Source of the DNA: an uncultured virus (IMG/VR IMGVR_UViG_3300024319_000691)
Taxonomy: Duplodnaviria; Heunggongvirae; Uroviricota; Caudoviricetes
Virus record (IMG/VR): IMGVR_UViG_3300024319_000691
Reading direction: 5' to 3' (one strand)
DNA: 20,000 nucleotides
Shown: in pieces, positions 1 through 8,437 of the stretch
Layout of the letters: each line of letters opens with the position of its first letter
How positions within the stretch are numbered: position 1 is the first letter of the stretch
The notes under the pieces: generated by a model
What the model was told of the DNA's origin: nothing
What the model saw: only the letters and a program-made list of their open reading frames with translations
Database searches by the model: none
Program-made: the position numbers and the translations under genes

Positions 1-528
1 ACCCTTTCATTTGTAGATATGCGTAGATTTGGCAAGTGGAAGCAGGGTTTATGGTGGAATGATACACGAGGGGAGGATCCAACGACCTCCTTTGATTCTT
101 TTTGGAAAGATATAATGACTAATCTAACGTCACGCGCTTTCAGGAAACCACTCTATGAAGTCCTGATGAACCAAAAATATTTTAATGGAATAGGAAATTA
201 CCTAAGAGCGGAGATTATTTATAGAGCCAAAGATGTAGATCCGTTTCTTCCAGCTGGAATGCAACTAGCAAAATACCCTAAAATACTAGAACTATGTAAA
301 GATATTCCAATGCTAGCATACGCAAAAGGAGGAGGAAGCATTAAAGATTGGGATAATCCATTCGGAACAGATGCTATTCAAGAAAAATTCATGCTATGTT
401 ATGGAAATCCTGTTATGTCGAAAAGAAAAGATTCGAATGGAAGAACATTTTGGTATGATTCTAAATGGGACAATGTTCCTACAAGTAGAGACGATTTAAA
501 AGAATATTTCCATGGCGATAGAAGCTAA
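1..528 (+). CDS. Fpg/Nei-family DNA glycosylase/AP lyase, NEIL1-like (5'-truncated by the window edge)
   Basis: Frame is open from base 1 (TLSFVDMRRFGKW). It has the H2TH motif LMNQKYFNGIGNYLRAEIIYR and the C-terminal CYG...DSNGRTFWY without zinc-finger cysteines. Confidence 0.88.
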   Translation, partial: TLSFVDMRRFGKWKQGLWWNDTRGEDPTTSFDSFWKDIMTNLTSRAFRKPLYEVLMNQKYFNGIGNYLRAEIIYRAKDVDPFLPAGMQLAKYPKILELCKDIPMLAYAKGGGSIKDWDNPFGTDAIQEKFMLCYGNPVMSKRKDSNGRTFWYDSKWDNVPTSRDDLKEYFHGDRS

Positions 529-697
529 GAAGTGGCTTAACGAAAACGAATGGCCAGATAATAATATAGACAGTGATGCATTTTCTCATTACACTAAAAT
601 GAGCAGTATCATGGAACAATATGCCAGAGAATATCATGCTAAGAAATTAGAAGAAGCTCGAAAAAAAGAAGTAACACAATTTAAAAAGTTCTTATGA
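512..697 (+). CDS. hypothetical protein
   Basis: 61-aa ORF overlapping both neighbours in an operon-like arrangement. Confidence 0.6.
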   Translation: MAIEAKKWLNENEWPDNNIDSDAFSHYTKMSSIMEQYAREYHAKKLEEARKKEVTQFKKFL

Positions 698-1326
698 AGA
701 AACTAGAACGCATGCAAAACTTAATCGTAGTTGGACATCCTGATAAAAAATCATTTTGTTATAACGGAATTTTTAAAACAATCCAAGAATCTCTATTAGA
801 TAGTGATTACCTAAATGAAATACAGGTAATAGATTTATATAGAGATGATTTTTCTCAACCAAGAAAAGATCTTATTAAGGAATATCAAGATGCTGTAACA
901 TGGGCGGATAGAATTTACTTCGTATCTCCTGTTTGGTGGTTTAGATTAACACCTAGAATGGAAATATTCTTTGACGAAGTATTTACCCCAGGTTTTGCGT
1001 ATAAGTTTGTTCCCCTTTTCGGAGCATACGCGTATCCAAAGCCATTCTTAAGTGATAAAAAGGTAAGGACATATATAACCCATGGAGCTCCTTCATTACC
1101 CGTAAGAACTCTATATTTAAACTCAGTTAAATTACGTTTAGTGATGGGAGTATTTACATTTGTATTTGGATGGAATATTTCAAGATGGTTAAAGACAAAA
1201 CAATTTTGGTCAGTTCCCTTCGTGAGCGATGCAAAAAGAAAGAAATATTTAGACAGAGTTAAAAAAGATATTAAGAGAGATCTTAAAAAACATCAAACAT
1301 TACCTATGCAACATGAAAGTATATAG
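694..1326 (+). CDS. NAD(P)H-dependent oxidoreductase, flavodoxin-like fold (Flavodoxin_2 / quinone reductase)
   Basis: Motifs IVVGHPDKKSF, IDLY, WADRIYFVSPVWW, FFDEVFTPGFAY and ITHGAP. Confidence 0.88.
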   Translation: MKKLERMQNLIVVGHPDKKSFCYNGIFKTIQESLLDSDYLNEIQVIDLYRDDFSQPRKDLIKEYQDAVTWADRIYFVSPVWWFRLTPRMEIFFDEVFTPGFAYKFVPLFGAYAYPKPFLSDKKVRTYITHGAPSLPVRTLYLNSVKLRLVMGVFTFVFGWNISRWLKTKQFWSVPFVSDAKRKKYLDRVKKDIKRDLKKHQTLPMQHESI

Positions 1327-1564
1327 ACCCACAAAAGAAATGAGAATTAATCCACTTTCCTTACAGGAGGGAGGATCTACAGTAACGGTGATTTACGATA
1401 ATTACGCCGTTGAATTTACAAACATTAAATCTCCTTATTCGTATATTTCTTCTATTCGCTTTGCTAAACGCAATGATATTTCTCTTAGAGGTTTTTTAAT
1501 AAACGGTGAAGTATATGACATGTGTAGTGGTAATAAAGAAACAAAAATAAATAAATCAGTATAA
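1313..1564 (+). CDS. hypothetical protein
   Basis: 83-aa ORF coupled to the upstream gene; no recognisable motif. Confidence 0.6.
   Translation: MKVYRPTKEMRINPLSLQEGGSTVTVIYDNYAVEFTNIKSPYSYISSIRFAKRNDISLRGFLINGEVYDMCSGNKETKINKSV
1538..1564 (+). promoter_or_regulatory. putative ECF-type (middle) promoter GAAAC-N16-GTATAA
   Basis: GAAAC at 1538-1542, a 16-nt spacer, GTATAA at 1559-1564, and the ATG at 1571. Confidence 0.65.
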
Positions 1565-1570
1565 TATTAT

Positions 1571-2464
1571 ATGAAAAACGTATTAGTCACAGGTGGTGCA
1601 GGATTTGTCGGAAGCAACCTCATTAAACACCTACAGGAAACCTACCCAAAAATTAAAATAACTTCATTAGATAATTACTTCACGGGAAAAGAAGAAAATC
1701 ATGTTCCTGGCGTAACCTATTATAGAGGACATACTTGGGAAGCAGATACTATTTTTGAAAAATTAACAGAAGAAAATTACTTTGACACTGTATTTCACTT
1801 TGGAGAATATAGTAGAATTGTTCAATCGTTTGAAGATATTGATTTTGTTCATAGGTCTATTCTATCTGGAACACCTGTTATATTAGAACTATGTAGAAAA
1901 TGGAATTCAAAGTTAATTTATTCTGCATCTAGTTCTAAATTCGGTAACAACGGTGAAGATGAGAATCTTTCTCCTTATGCTTGGATGAAATCTAAGATGG
2001 TAGAATTAATCAAAAACTATAATACATGGTATGATCTTCAATATGAGATCTGTTATTTCTTTAATGTATATGGACCTGGCCAAATTACATCAGGTGATTA
2101 TGCAACAGTTGTCGGTATTTTTGAAAGACAATTTAAAGCAGGTGAAAAGTGTTCAGTAGTTTCTCCTGGAAATCAAAGCAGAGACTTCACACACGTTGAA
2201 GACGTAGTTACAGCTCTTGGATTAGCAGCACAGAGAAAAGACAATCACGAATGGCACCTGAGAAGCGGAGTTAATACTACAATGATAGAATTAGCAGAAA
2301 TGTATGGTGATTGGGTAATGATTCCTGAAAGAAGAGGCGAAAGGTTTACAAGCGAAGACTTCCCATCAGACACTGAAGAAAAATTAGGCTGGAAACCAAC
2401 TTGGAAATTACAAGATTGGGTAAATTTAGTAACATCATCAAAACAAGAAAAAATTAATGCATAA
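1571..2464 (+). CDS. NAD-dependent epimerase/dehydratase (extended SDR)
   Basis: Rossmann motif VLVTGGAGFVGS, catalytic YxxxK (YAWMK), FNVYGP and RDFTHVED. Confidence 0.92.
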   Translation: MKNVLVTGGAGFVGSNLIKHLQETYPKIKITSLDNYFTGKEENHVPGVTYYRGHTWEADTIFEKLTEENYFDTVFHFGEYSRIVQSFEDIDFVHRSILSGTPVILELCRKWNSKLIYSASSSKFGNNGEDENLSPYAWMKSKMVELIKNYNTWYDLQYEICYFFNVYGPGQITSGDYATVVGIFERQFKAGEKCSVVSPGNQSRDFTHVEDVVTALGLAAQRKDNHEWHLRSGVNTTMIELAEMYGDWVMIPERRGERFTSEDFPSDTEEKLGWKPTWKLQDWVNLVTSSKQEKINA

Positions 2465-2948
2465 AAAAGGTAAAATAGTATTAGTAGGAAAGGCAGCCGC
2501 TGGAAAAGATTATTTAAGAACTAGATATGAAAATAGAGGTTTCGTTTTTGGAGTCTCTTATACTACTCGTCCTCCTCGTAAGAAGGCAAACGAACAAGAA
2601 GGAGTAGACTACTATTTTGTAAACGAAGATAGCTTTAAAAACATGATCGATAATGATGAATTCGTTGAGTATCAAAAATTTAACGGATGGTATTACGGAA
2701 TCACAAAGGAAGAATTTGAAAGATGTGACGTAATGATTTTAAATGCGGAAGCAGTCGATTTATTAAATGAAGAATATCGAAGCAGATGCTTTGTAACTTA
2801 TATAGATATACCAATTGACGTAAGAAGATCAAGGATCATAGAAAGAAACGACCCAGATGACAATTTTGAAAGAAGAATTCAGGCTGATGAAGATCAATTT
2901 AGAAACTTTTTCAATTATGATTGTAGAATAACTAACCACAACTTTTAA
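2457..2948 (+). CDS. gmk: guanylate kinase
   Basis: P-loop GKAAAGKD, SYTTRPPR, EGVDYYFV, FVEY and NGWYYG. Confidence 0.88.
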   Translation: MHKKGKIVLVGKAAAGKDYLRTRYENRGFVFGVSYTTRPPRKKANEQEGVDYYFVNEDSFKNMIDNDEFVEYQKFNGWYYGITKEEFERCDVMILNAEAVDLLNEEYRSRCFVTYIDIPIDVRRSRIIERNDPDDNFERRIQADEDQFRNFFNYDCRITNHNF

Positions 2949-2970
2949 AACAACAATAAATAATAATAAG

Positions 2971-3483
2971 ATGGCAGATTTAAAGATGAACTTATCACAA
3001 CTAGAAACAAAGAGAGACGAACTTATCAAAGAAATTGATGCGACTTCAAAGGATATGACTAATAAAACCTATGATGTTGATTTCGTAAGTAACGCTAATA
3101 TTAACAAAACATTATCTCATCTAGATAAAAATTACAAATGGACAGTTAAGAATGCTGCTCTTTTAATTAATCTTCACGAAGCTCTAAAGGCTGAAAAAAC
3201 TAGAATTTCAAAAGAAGGTGGCGATGCAATAGTAGCCCTAAAAACAGTTCCACTTAATACACTATACAGTGCTCTGACAACACTTGAAGGAACAGGTGTA
3301 TCTCAGGCAAAAGCATTTACAACTCTTCTTACACAGGTAGGTTTCAATATTAGTGAAGCCATGAAAACTATGCAGGAATCAAATAAAGAAATACAAACTC
3401 TTCATGTTTCTTTAGCTGAAGTTGAAAAAGAAATAGAAGAGAATAACGTAGAAACAGTAACACCGGATGAAGTTAGCAAGTAA
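2971..3483 (+). CDS. hypothetical coiled-coil protein
   Basis: 170-aa ORF with heptad-like helical N- and C-termini. Confidence 0.7.
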   Translation: MADLKMNLSQLETKRDELIKEIDATSKDMTNKTYDVDFVSNANINKTLSHLDKNYKWTVKNAALLINLHEALKAEKTRISKEGGDAIVALKTVPLNTLYSALTTLEGTGVSQAKAFTTLLTQVGFNISEAMKTMQESNKEIQTLHVSLAEVEKEIEENNVETVTPDEVSK

Positions 3484-3982
3484 ATCTAAAAACAGATTAG
3501 AACTCTTAGACGTAATTCAAGAAGGAATTACGGTCGAAGATACGACTCTATCTGTTGAAAAGATTAAGCAATTAGCCTATCCTAGCCTTTTAGAAAAGGT
3601 AAGTGGATGGGTTACTGAAAAGAAAGGTTTTAGCGGAGGTCTTGCAAAAGAGAAAGCTAAAACAATGATTAAATTTGATAGTAGTAAAACAACGGGTGCA
3701 AGAAGCATGCATTTTATGGGAACTACTAACAAGCCCACTCTCACCGTAGAGAGTGCTGGAATTAAGGTTGCTATAGAATTTATTAAAGGAGATAGAGGCT
3801 CAGATTTAAGAGAAGCCATCGGACAATCGATGATATACTCAACAGCGTATGATTTTGTAATGTGTGTATTTTTAGATTCAACTGATGATAAAAGAATTAA
3901 AGGAGGATCTTCTTCAATCACAGAACATTATTTTTTAAACAACCTTTGGGATAATTTTAACGTAAAGTTTACATTAGTATAA
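3467..3982 (+). CDS. hypothetical protein, possible degenerate PD-(D/E)xK nuclease fold
   Basis: VAIEFIKG...AIGQSMIY resembles the E-x-K plus QxxxY motifs; the expected PD reads PT. Confidence 0.45.
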   Translation: MKLASKSKNRLELLDVIQEGITVEDTTLSVEKIKQLAYPSLLEKVSGWVTEKKGFSGGLAKEKAKTMIKFDSSKTTGARSMHFMGTTNKPTLTVESAGIKVAIEFIKGDRGSDLREAIGQSMIYSTAYDFVMCVFLDSTDDKRIKGGSSSITEHYFLNNLWDNFNVKFTLV

Positions 3983-3992
3983 CAAACCATAT

Positions 3993-4523
3993 ATGCAAAT
4001 ATTCGTAACATCAAACCAACAGTTTGGGAGACCTGGGGCTATCAAGAAGTATGATAGGCCCTTTTCTTCGCTAGAAGAAATGAATGAAACATTAATAGAA
4101 AACTGGAACCTTACAGTTTCACCCGAAGATGTAGTATATGTTTTAGGTAATTTTGGATGGGATCCGACCACCGTAGAGAACTGTATTAATACATTAAATG
4201 GCCATATATATTTTATAGAAGGAGAATTTGATAAAGCGACTGTTGACGTTTCTATGCTTCCTAACGCAGATAAGAAGATGGAAGAAATAGGACAAATAGA
4301 CTTTTTACCAGAAATGGACGCATGTATGTCTTATTGGCCTCTTTCAATTTGGCCTGGTAAATACTTATTAAGCGGTCATCCTTCTAAGAAAATTAAAACA
4401 AGTCCTTCTAAAAAGATAATTAACGTATCATGTGACCAATGGTCTTATAAACCAGTTAACATAAAATCACTGATAGGGTTGTTCGAGGAAAATAATTTGA
4501 AAAAAAGTGAAAATAAACAGTAA
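3993..4523 (+). CDS. calcineurin-like metallophosphoesterase homolog with substituted metal ligands
   Basis: Family context is clear (RPFSSLEEMNETLIENWNLTVSPEDVVYVLG, INVSCDQWSYKPV). The catalytic motifs read SNQQFG, LGNF, EGEFD, SYWP and SGHP. Confidence 0.8.
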   Translation: MQIFVTSNQQFGRPGAIKKYDRPFSSLEEMNETLIENWNLTVSPEDVVYVLGNFGWDPTTVENCINTLNGHIYFIEGEFDKATVDVSMLPNADKKMEEIGQIDFLPEMDACMSYWPLSIWPGKYLLSGHPSKKIKTSPSKKIINVSCDQWSYKPVNIKSLIGLFEENNLKKSENKQ

Positions 4524-4568
4524 AAAGTTTTTTTATCTCAGATATTTTGCTTATATTAGTATAGTAAT
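4508..4568 (+). promoter_or_regulatory. 61-bp conserved repeat copy 1, putative early promoter
   Basis: TGAAAATAAAC...T7-ATCTCAG...GCTTATATTAGTATAGTAAT upstream of the sigma gene; five gap-free copies occur in the window. Confidence 0.75.
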
Positions 4569-4593
4569 TAATTAAAAACCAAAAATATAACGT

Positions 4594-5193
4594 ATGGCTA
4601 CCTACAAACAACTAACTCAAAACTTTCTAGAAACAGGATCAGATCAAGACTTCGCAGCTCTTTACAACAAGATAAAGCCAGGTCTAACTTCGTACATTTA
4701 CAAAATAGTTAAAGATCGTGAAATGGCAGAAGACATTGCAGTAAACACATTAACTAAGATGTGGACCAAAATAGAACAATATAACCCAAGTTACGGAATT
4801 ACTACTTGGTTATATAGAATCGCATTTAACGACTCTTTAGGTTATATTAAAAAAAGAAATCAAACTACGTCTTTGAGTAAATTATCAGAATATGGTGTAG
4901 AAGTAAGTGGCACTGGATCAGTTTCAAATACTCTAAAAGATTTAGTCTTAGATCATGAAGAAAAAACTGAACAAGATTATCTAGAAGAAGATGACGCTCT
5001 TCAAGACAAATACATTAAAACTCTAGAAGCTATGCAAAATCTAAAAGAAATGTATAGAGATATTCTAGTAGACAGAATGGTAAATCATATGAAATATGAC
5101 CAACTAGCAACTAAATATAAACTTCCACTGCAGACTATTAAAAATAGAATTCGTAGAGGTAAAGCTTTAATCGTTGAAGCTGTAGAAAAATAA
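4594..5193 (+). CDS. ECF-type sigma-70 family RNA polymerase sigma factor
   Basis: Region 2 (FAALYNK...AEDIAVNTLTKMW...TTWLYRIAFN) and region 4 HTH (MKYDQLATKYKLPLQTIKNRIRRGK); 199 aa with no region 1/3. Confidence 0.92.
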   Translation: MATYKQLTQNFLETGSDQDFAALYNKIKPGLTSYIYKIVKDREMAEDIAVNTLTKMWTKIEQYNPSYGITTWLYRIAFNDSLGYIKKRNQTTSLSKLSEYGVEVSGTGSVSNTLKDLVLDHEEKTEQDYLEEDDALQDKYIKTLEAMQNLKEMYRDILVDRMVNHMKYDQLATKYKLPLQTIKNRIRRGKALIVEAVEK

Positions 5194-5288
5194 ATATGAA
5201 AGGAAGCACAACATGCAAGAAGGAAAGAAGAATGACCCAGAGTTTGTGTTCTGTTATTGGGACGAATTTAAACCTAACGTAGAAAAAG

Positions 5289-5501
5289 ATGATAGTAGTA
5301 GTTTACAAGAAGAGCAAGACGGCAAAGAAATTATACATGACGGTATTCGAAAACGAAGCAACACCGGACAGGATAATAAATGCGAAAGCAAGAAAGCCTC
5401 TGATTCCGAATGAATATGAAATCGTAGAGTTAGGAATGGGATCAAGTTTTATTAAGTGGTATAAAGATAAGCATAAAATTAAAAAACATGAATTGGCGTA
5501 A
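5289..5501 (+). CDS. hypothetical protein
   Basis: 70-aa ORF with protein-like composition, overlapping the next small ORF. Confidence 0.55.
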   Translation: MIVVVYKKSKTAKKLYMTVFENEATPDRIINAKARKPLIPNEYEIVELGMGSSFIKWYKDKHKIKKHELA

Positions 5502-5628
5502 TCAAATTGACGAATGGGACGAAGAATTTTACGAAGATCGTCCTAGGAAGGGTAAATTGCCTAAAATGAAAGACGTTGAAAAATCGCTAGCAAGCAAAAA
5601 AAGAAAAGATATTGAAAATAAACAGTAA
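5488..5628 (+). CDS. small hypothetical protein (46 aa, MNWRNQIDEWDEEFYED...ENKQ)
   Basis: Not in the ORF track; translated by hand. It fills the gap, and its stop lies in repeat copy 2. Confidence 0.5.
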   Translation: MNWRNQIDEWDEEFYEDRPRKGKLPKMKDVEKSLASKKRKDIENKQ

Positions 5629-5673
5629 AAAGTTTTTTTATCTCAGAAATTTTGCTTATATTAGATAAGTAAT
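5613..5673 (+). promoter_or_regulatory. 61-bp conserved repeat copy 2, putative early promoter
   Basis: Near-identical to 4508-4568; ATG at 5688. Confidence 0.75.
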
Positions 5674-5687
5674 TAATTAAACAAGTA

Positions 5688-6245
5688 ATGAATCATCAAG
5701 AAACATCAATAGAAAAATTAGAATCAGCTCCTCAAAGTACAACTGAGAAAGCAATCGATACTCTATTTTCTGTACTATGTTCTTCTTCTAAAAAAAGCAA
5801 GAAGATAGTTTACGTGGATATGGATGGCGTCTTAGTAGATTTACATGCAAAACTCAGAGAATATCCTGAAGACGTTGTAAAATCTCTAGGAAACGATATT
5901 GATAAATTACCTGCTCTTTTCCTCGATCCTCCTCCAATGGAAGGTGCGATTGAAGCCTTTAACATTCTTTGTTCTTTATTCGATGTGTATATTCTATCAA
6001 CTGCACCTTGGGATAATCCTGAAGCTTTAATGCACAAAAGACTATGGGTTGAAAAGCATCTAGGAAAAAATGCATATAAAAGATTAATTCTTTCTCACAA
6101 CAAACATTTAAATGTTGGAGACTTTTTAATCGATGATAGAACTGCAAACGGAGCTGGTCAATTTACAGGAGAACATATTCATTTTGGAACAGAAAAATGG
6201 CCAGATTGGAAGGCTACTTTAGACTATCTTATACCTCACGCTTAA
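5688..6245 (+). CDS. 5'(3')-deoxyribonucleotidase (NT5C, HAD family)
   Basis: YVDMDGVLVD, ILSTAPW, KRLWVEKHLG, HNKHLNVGDFLIDD. Confidence 0.9.
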   Translation: MNHQETSIEKLESAPQSTTEKAIDTLFSVLCSSSKKSKKIVYVDMDGVLVDLHAKLREYPEDVVKSLGNDIDKLPALFLDPPPMEGAIEAFNILCSLFDVYILSTAPWDNPEALMHKRLWVEKHLGKNAYKRLILSHNKHLNVGDFLIDDRTANGAGQFTGEHIHFGTEKWPDWKATLDYLIPHA

Positions 6246-6606
6246 ATATAAGCTTAATCCAGTTATATCTTTTTCTGGATTCTAAGTATTTATAATTCTT
6301 TTCATTGGCATACGCTTCTCTTTCAAATGAGATGTTACGGTATGCTCCGGTTCCATAGATGAACAATTTTATAAACCATTCAGTAACATATAGAATATAG
6401 AAAGGAATCACTAAAAGTTCTTCCTGCTGCTTTATATGTATAGATTCATGATTAATAATCCTCTTCGCTCTTCCTCTCCACCATTTACCAGAATCATACT
6501 TTTCTCTTAGAACGATAAAGGGCCAAAGGGTAATTCCTCCAATTGACATAAACCAGCTTACTGCGTTTAAAAATCTGTCACTATATTTAATAATCGGTGT
6601 TTTCAT
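6229..6606 (-). CDS. conserved hypothetical protein with HExxH motif (possible zinc metalloprotease-like)
   Basis: GITLWPFIV...INHESIHIKQQ...AYRNISFEREAY. The start is moved to the ATG at 6606 (MKTPII), 4 nt after a GATATATA box. Confidence 0.7.
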   Translation of the reverse strand: MKTPIIKYSDRFLNAVSWFMSIGGITLWPFIVLREKYDSGKWWRGRAKRIINHESIHIKQQEELLVIPFYILYVTEWFIKLFIYGTGAYRNISFEREAYANEKNYKYLESRKRYNWIKLIFKREV

Positions 6607-6610
6607 ATAG

Positions 6611-6627
6611 TATATATCAGATATATA
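6611..6627. promoter_or_regulatory. palindromic back-to-back GATATATA boxes, putative bidirectional late promoter
   Basis: TATATATC-A-GATATATA is a perfect inverted repeat located between divergent genes. Confidence 0.55.
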
Positions 6628-6697
6628 ACCTAAGCCCACGTCAGAACGCTGACATTTAACTTCTTGGGCAGAAATCTATTAAACACTTTTTTTACAA

Positions 6698-7975
6698 ATG
6701 CTGAAATACTCAATGATAGCCTTTCTGGGGCTTTTCCTAGTTACTAGCGCCTATGCGCAAACCTGTGATTTAACACTCATAAGTCAAACACCACCTGCCA
6801 CAACAGAAGATGACCATTCTTTTGTAATTGAATTTGTTAATGCAGAAAATTGTGGATGTAATGAATTTACTCAATACGATGGAAATACTTGCGATGGCAA
6901 TGGGTCTAGTTCCGTAAATAATAATGAAAATGTATCTCATCTTGTTTTTGGTATTCATTATGTAAATGAAATCACTGGAGAAGACTTAGGAGAAAACACA
7001 GATTGTACTTCTACAACATTTCATCCAGGTTGGTCATATACTAATGTTACAAATTGGGGTGGTTGGGAAACTGGCGATGTTGTTACTATTAATATAAATC
7101 CACCATTTGCTTGGGAATGTATTTTAGCCACACCTCTTGAGGGATATTGTTGGGAAGTAGTAATATGGCAGATTAATCTTTCTCAAACTGCGGGTTATGA
7201 TGATTTTCCAGATAACGGATGGACTGTTGGTAATAGTTTTAATCAAACGCAAACATATCCTGATATTAATATAGATGATAATAGAATAGCTGTTTGTTAT
7301 GATCCTTGTGTACCTGACACTATAATCGAATACATTACTGATACGATTTATATAGAAACTATTGATACTCTTTATGTAACTGATACTATTATTGAATATG
7401 TAGACAATTTTATTACTGATACTCTTTATGTAGAAACCATTGACACAGTATATGTTGATGTTGAAGTTTTCGTTGAGGTTTTTATCACCGATACTATTAC
7501 TGAAATTGAGTACATTACAGAATATGTTACTGACACTCTTTTTATTACAACTGTCGATACAGTTGAAGTTATTGTATATGAATTCTTAACAGATACGGTT
7601 TATGAGTATATTTCTATTGATTGTGAAACTGGATTAGAATGTATTGATGATCCTGGATTAACTTGCCCAGATTGGACTTCAGTTTATCTTCCAAATACAT
7701 TTACACCAAATAATGATGGTTTAAATGATACATGGCAAATGGTTTATGATTTAGAATGTTGGGTCGATGTAGAATTTAAAATATTTAATAGATGGGGTGA
7801 CATGATCTATTCAGGTATGGGTGATTATTACGATTCATATCCTTATTGGGATGGAAGTGTAAATGGTGGTAATCACTATGCATCTGATGGCGTTTACACA
7901 TATACGTTCTACGCAAGAAAATTAAACTCAACCGAAATCTTTCAAAGACACGGACATATAACAATATTTAGATAA
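6698..7975 (+). CDS. secreted protein with gliding-motility-associated C-terminal (T9SS type B / CHU_C) domain
   Basis: Signal peptide ending AYA-Q; C-terminal LPNTFTPNNDGLNDTW, FKIFNRWG, YWDG, DGVYTY and GHITIFR. Confidence 0.88.
   Translation: MLKYSMIAFLGLFLVTSAYAQTCDLTLISQTPPATTEDDHSFVIEFVNAENCGCNEFTQYDGNTCDGNGSSSVNNNENVSHLVFGIHYVNEITGEDLGENTDCTSTTFHPGWSYTNVTNWGGWETGDVVTININPPFAWECILATPLEGYCWEVVIWQINLSQTAGYDDFPDNGWTVGNSFNQTQTYPDINIDDNRIAVCYDPCVPDTIIEYITDTIYIETIDTLYVTDTIIEYVDNFITDTLYVETIDTVYVDVEVFVEVFITDTITEIEYITEYVTDTLFITTVDTVEVIVYEFLTDTVYEYISIDCETGLECIDDPGLTCPDWTSVYLPNTFTPNNDGLNDTWQMVYDLECWVDVEFKIFNRWGDMIYSGMGDYYDSYPYWDGSVNGGNHYASDGVYTYTFYARKLNSTEIFQRHGHITIFR
7315..7620 (+). repeat. intragenic imperfect DT(I/L/V)(Y/I) peptide repeats
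   Basis: About 11 DT-hydrophobic units (DTIIEYITDTIYIETIDTLYVTDT...) within the T9SS-domain protein. Confidence 0.8.
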
Positions 7976-7976
7976 C

Positions 7977-8342
7977 ATGAAATCATTACTTATTTCCTTA
8001 TTATTTCTTTTACCATTTTACACAGTAGCACAATGCAATCAACATGTTTTTTCCTCAGTCGGAGCTGAGAAATGGACTAACTTCCAATATCAAGACTGTG
8101 ATGGATGGAATCATTACTTTGGTCTTCCCGCTGGAGGATATACTATAATCTTTTGTGCAGATATTGGCACCGCTTTTGTTTTAAATGGGGATGGATTTGT
8201 ATTTCCTTTGGCGAATGAACACCCCAATTACGCTTCCTGTATTCAACCAGAAACTGAATGTGAAGGTGATTTTGATGGAGATGGAATAGTAGGAGCAGAG
8301 GATCTTCTTACCTTTTTATCAAACTACGGTATGTGTGAATAA
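7977..8342 (+). CDS. small secreted protein with C-terminal dockerin/EF-hand-like motif
   Basis: Signal peptide; CEGDFDGDGIVGAEDLLTFLSNYG. Confidence 0.7.
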   Translation: MKSLLISLLFLLPFYTVAQCNQHVFSSVGAEKWTNFQYQDCDGWNHYFGLPAGGYTIIFCADIGTAFVLNGDGFVFPLANEHPNYASCIQPETECEGDFDGDGIVGAEDLLTFLSNYGMCE

Positions 8343-8355
8343 ATTTCATTTTTTT

Positions 8356-8416
8356 TGAAAATAAACAGCTAAAAGTTTTTTTATCTCAGAATTTTTGCTT
8401 ATATTAGTAGAGTAAT
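8356..8416 (+). promoter_or_regulatory. 61-bp conserved repeat copy 3, putative early promoter
   Basis: Gap-free match to the other copies; ATG at 8438. Confidence 0.75.
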
Positions 8417-8437
8417 AATTAATAAAAGAAACAAACC

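Noticed and set aside
3957..3982. Further ECF-like promoter candidates (3957; also 13554 and 19011)
   Set aside because: Wrong spacer length (15 or 11 nt) or a non-matching -10 element (TATTAA).
5213..5413. 66-aa + strand ORF
   Set aside because: It overlaps 5289-5501 by 125 nt in another frame. It might be real, but I cannot support both.
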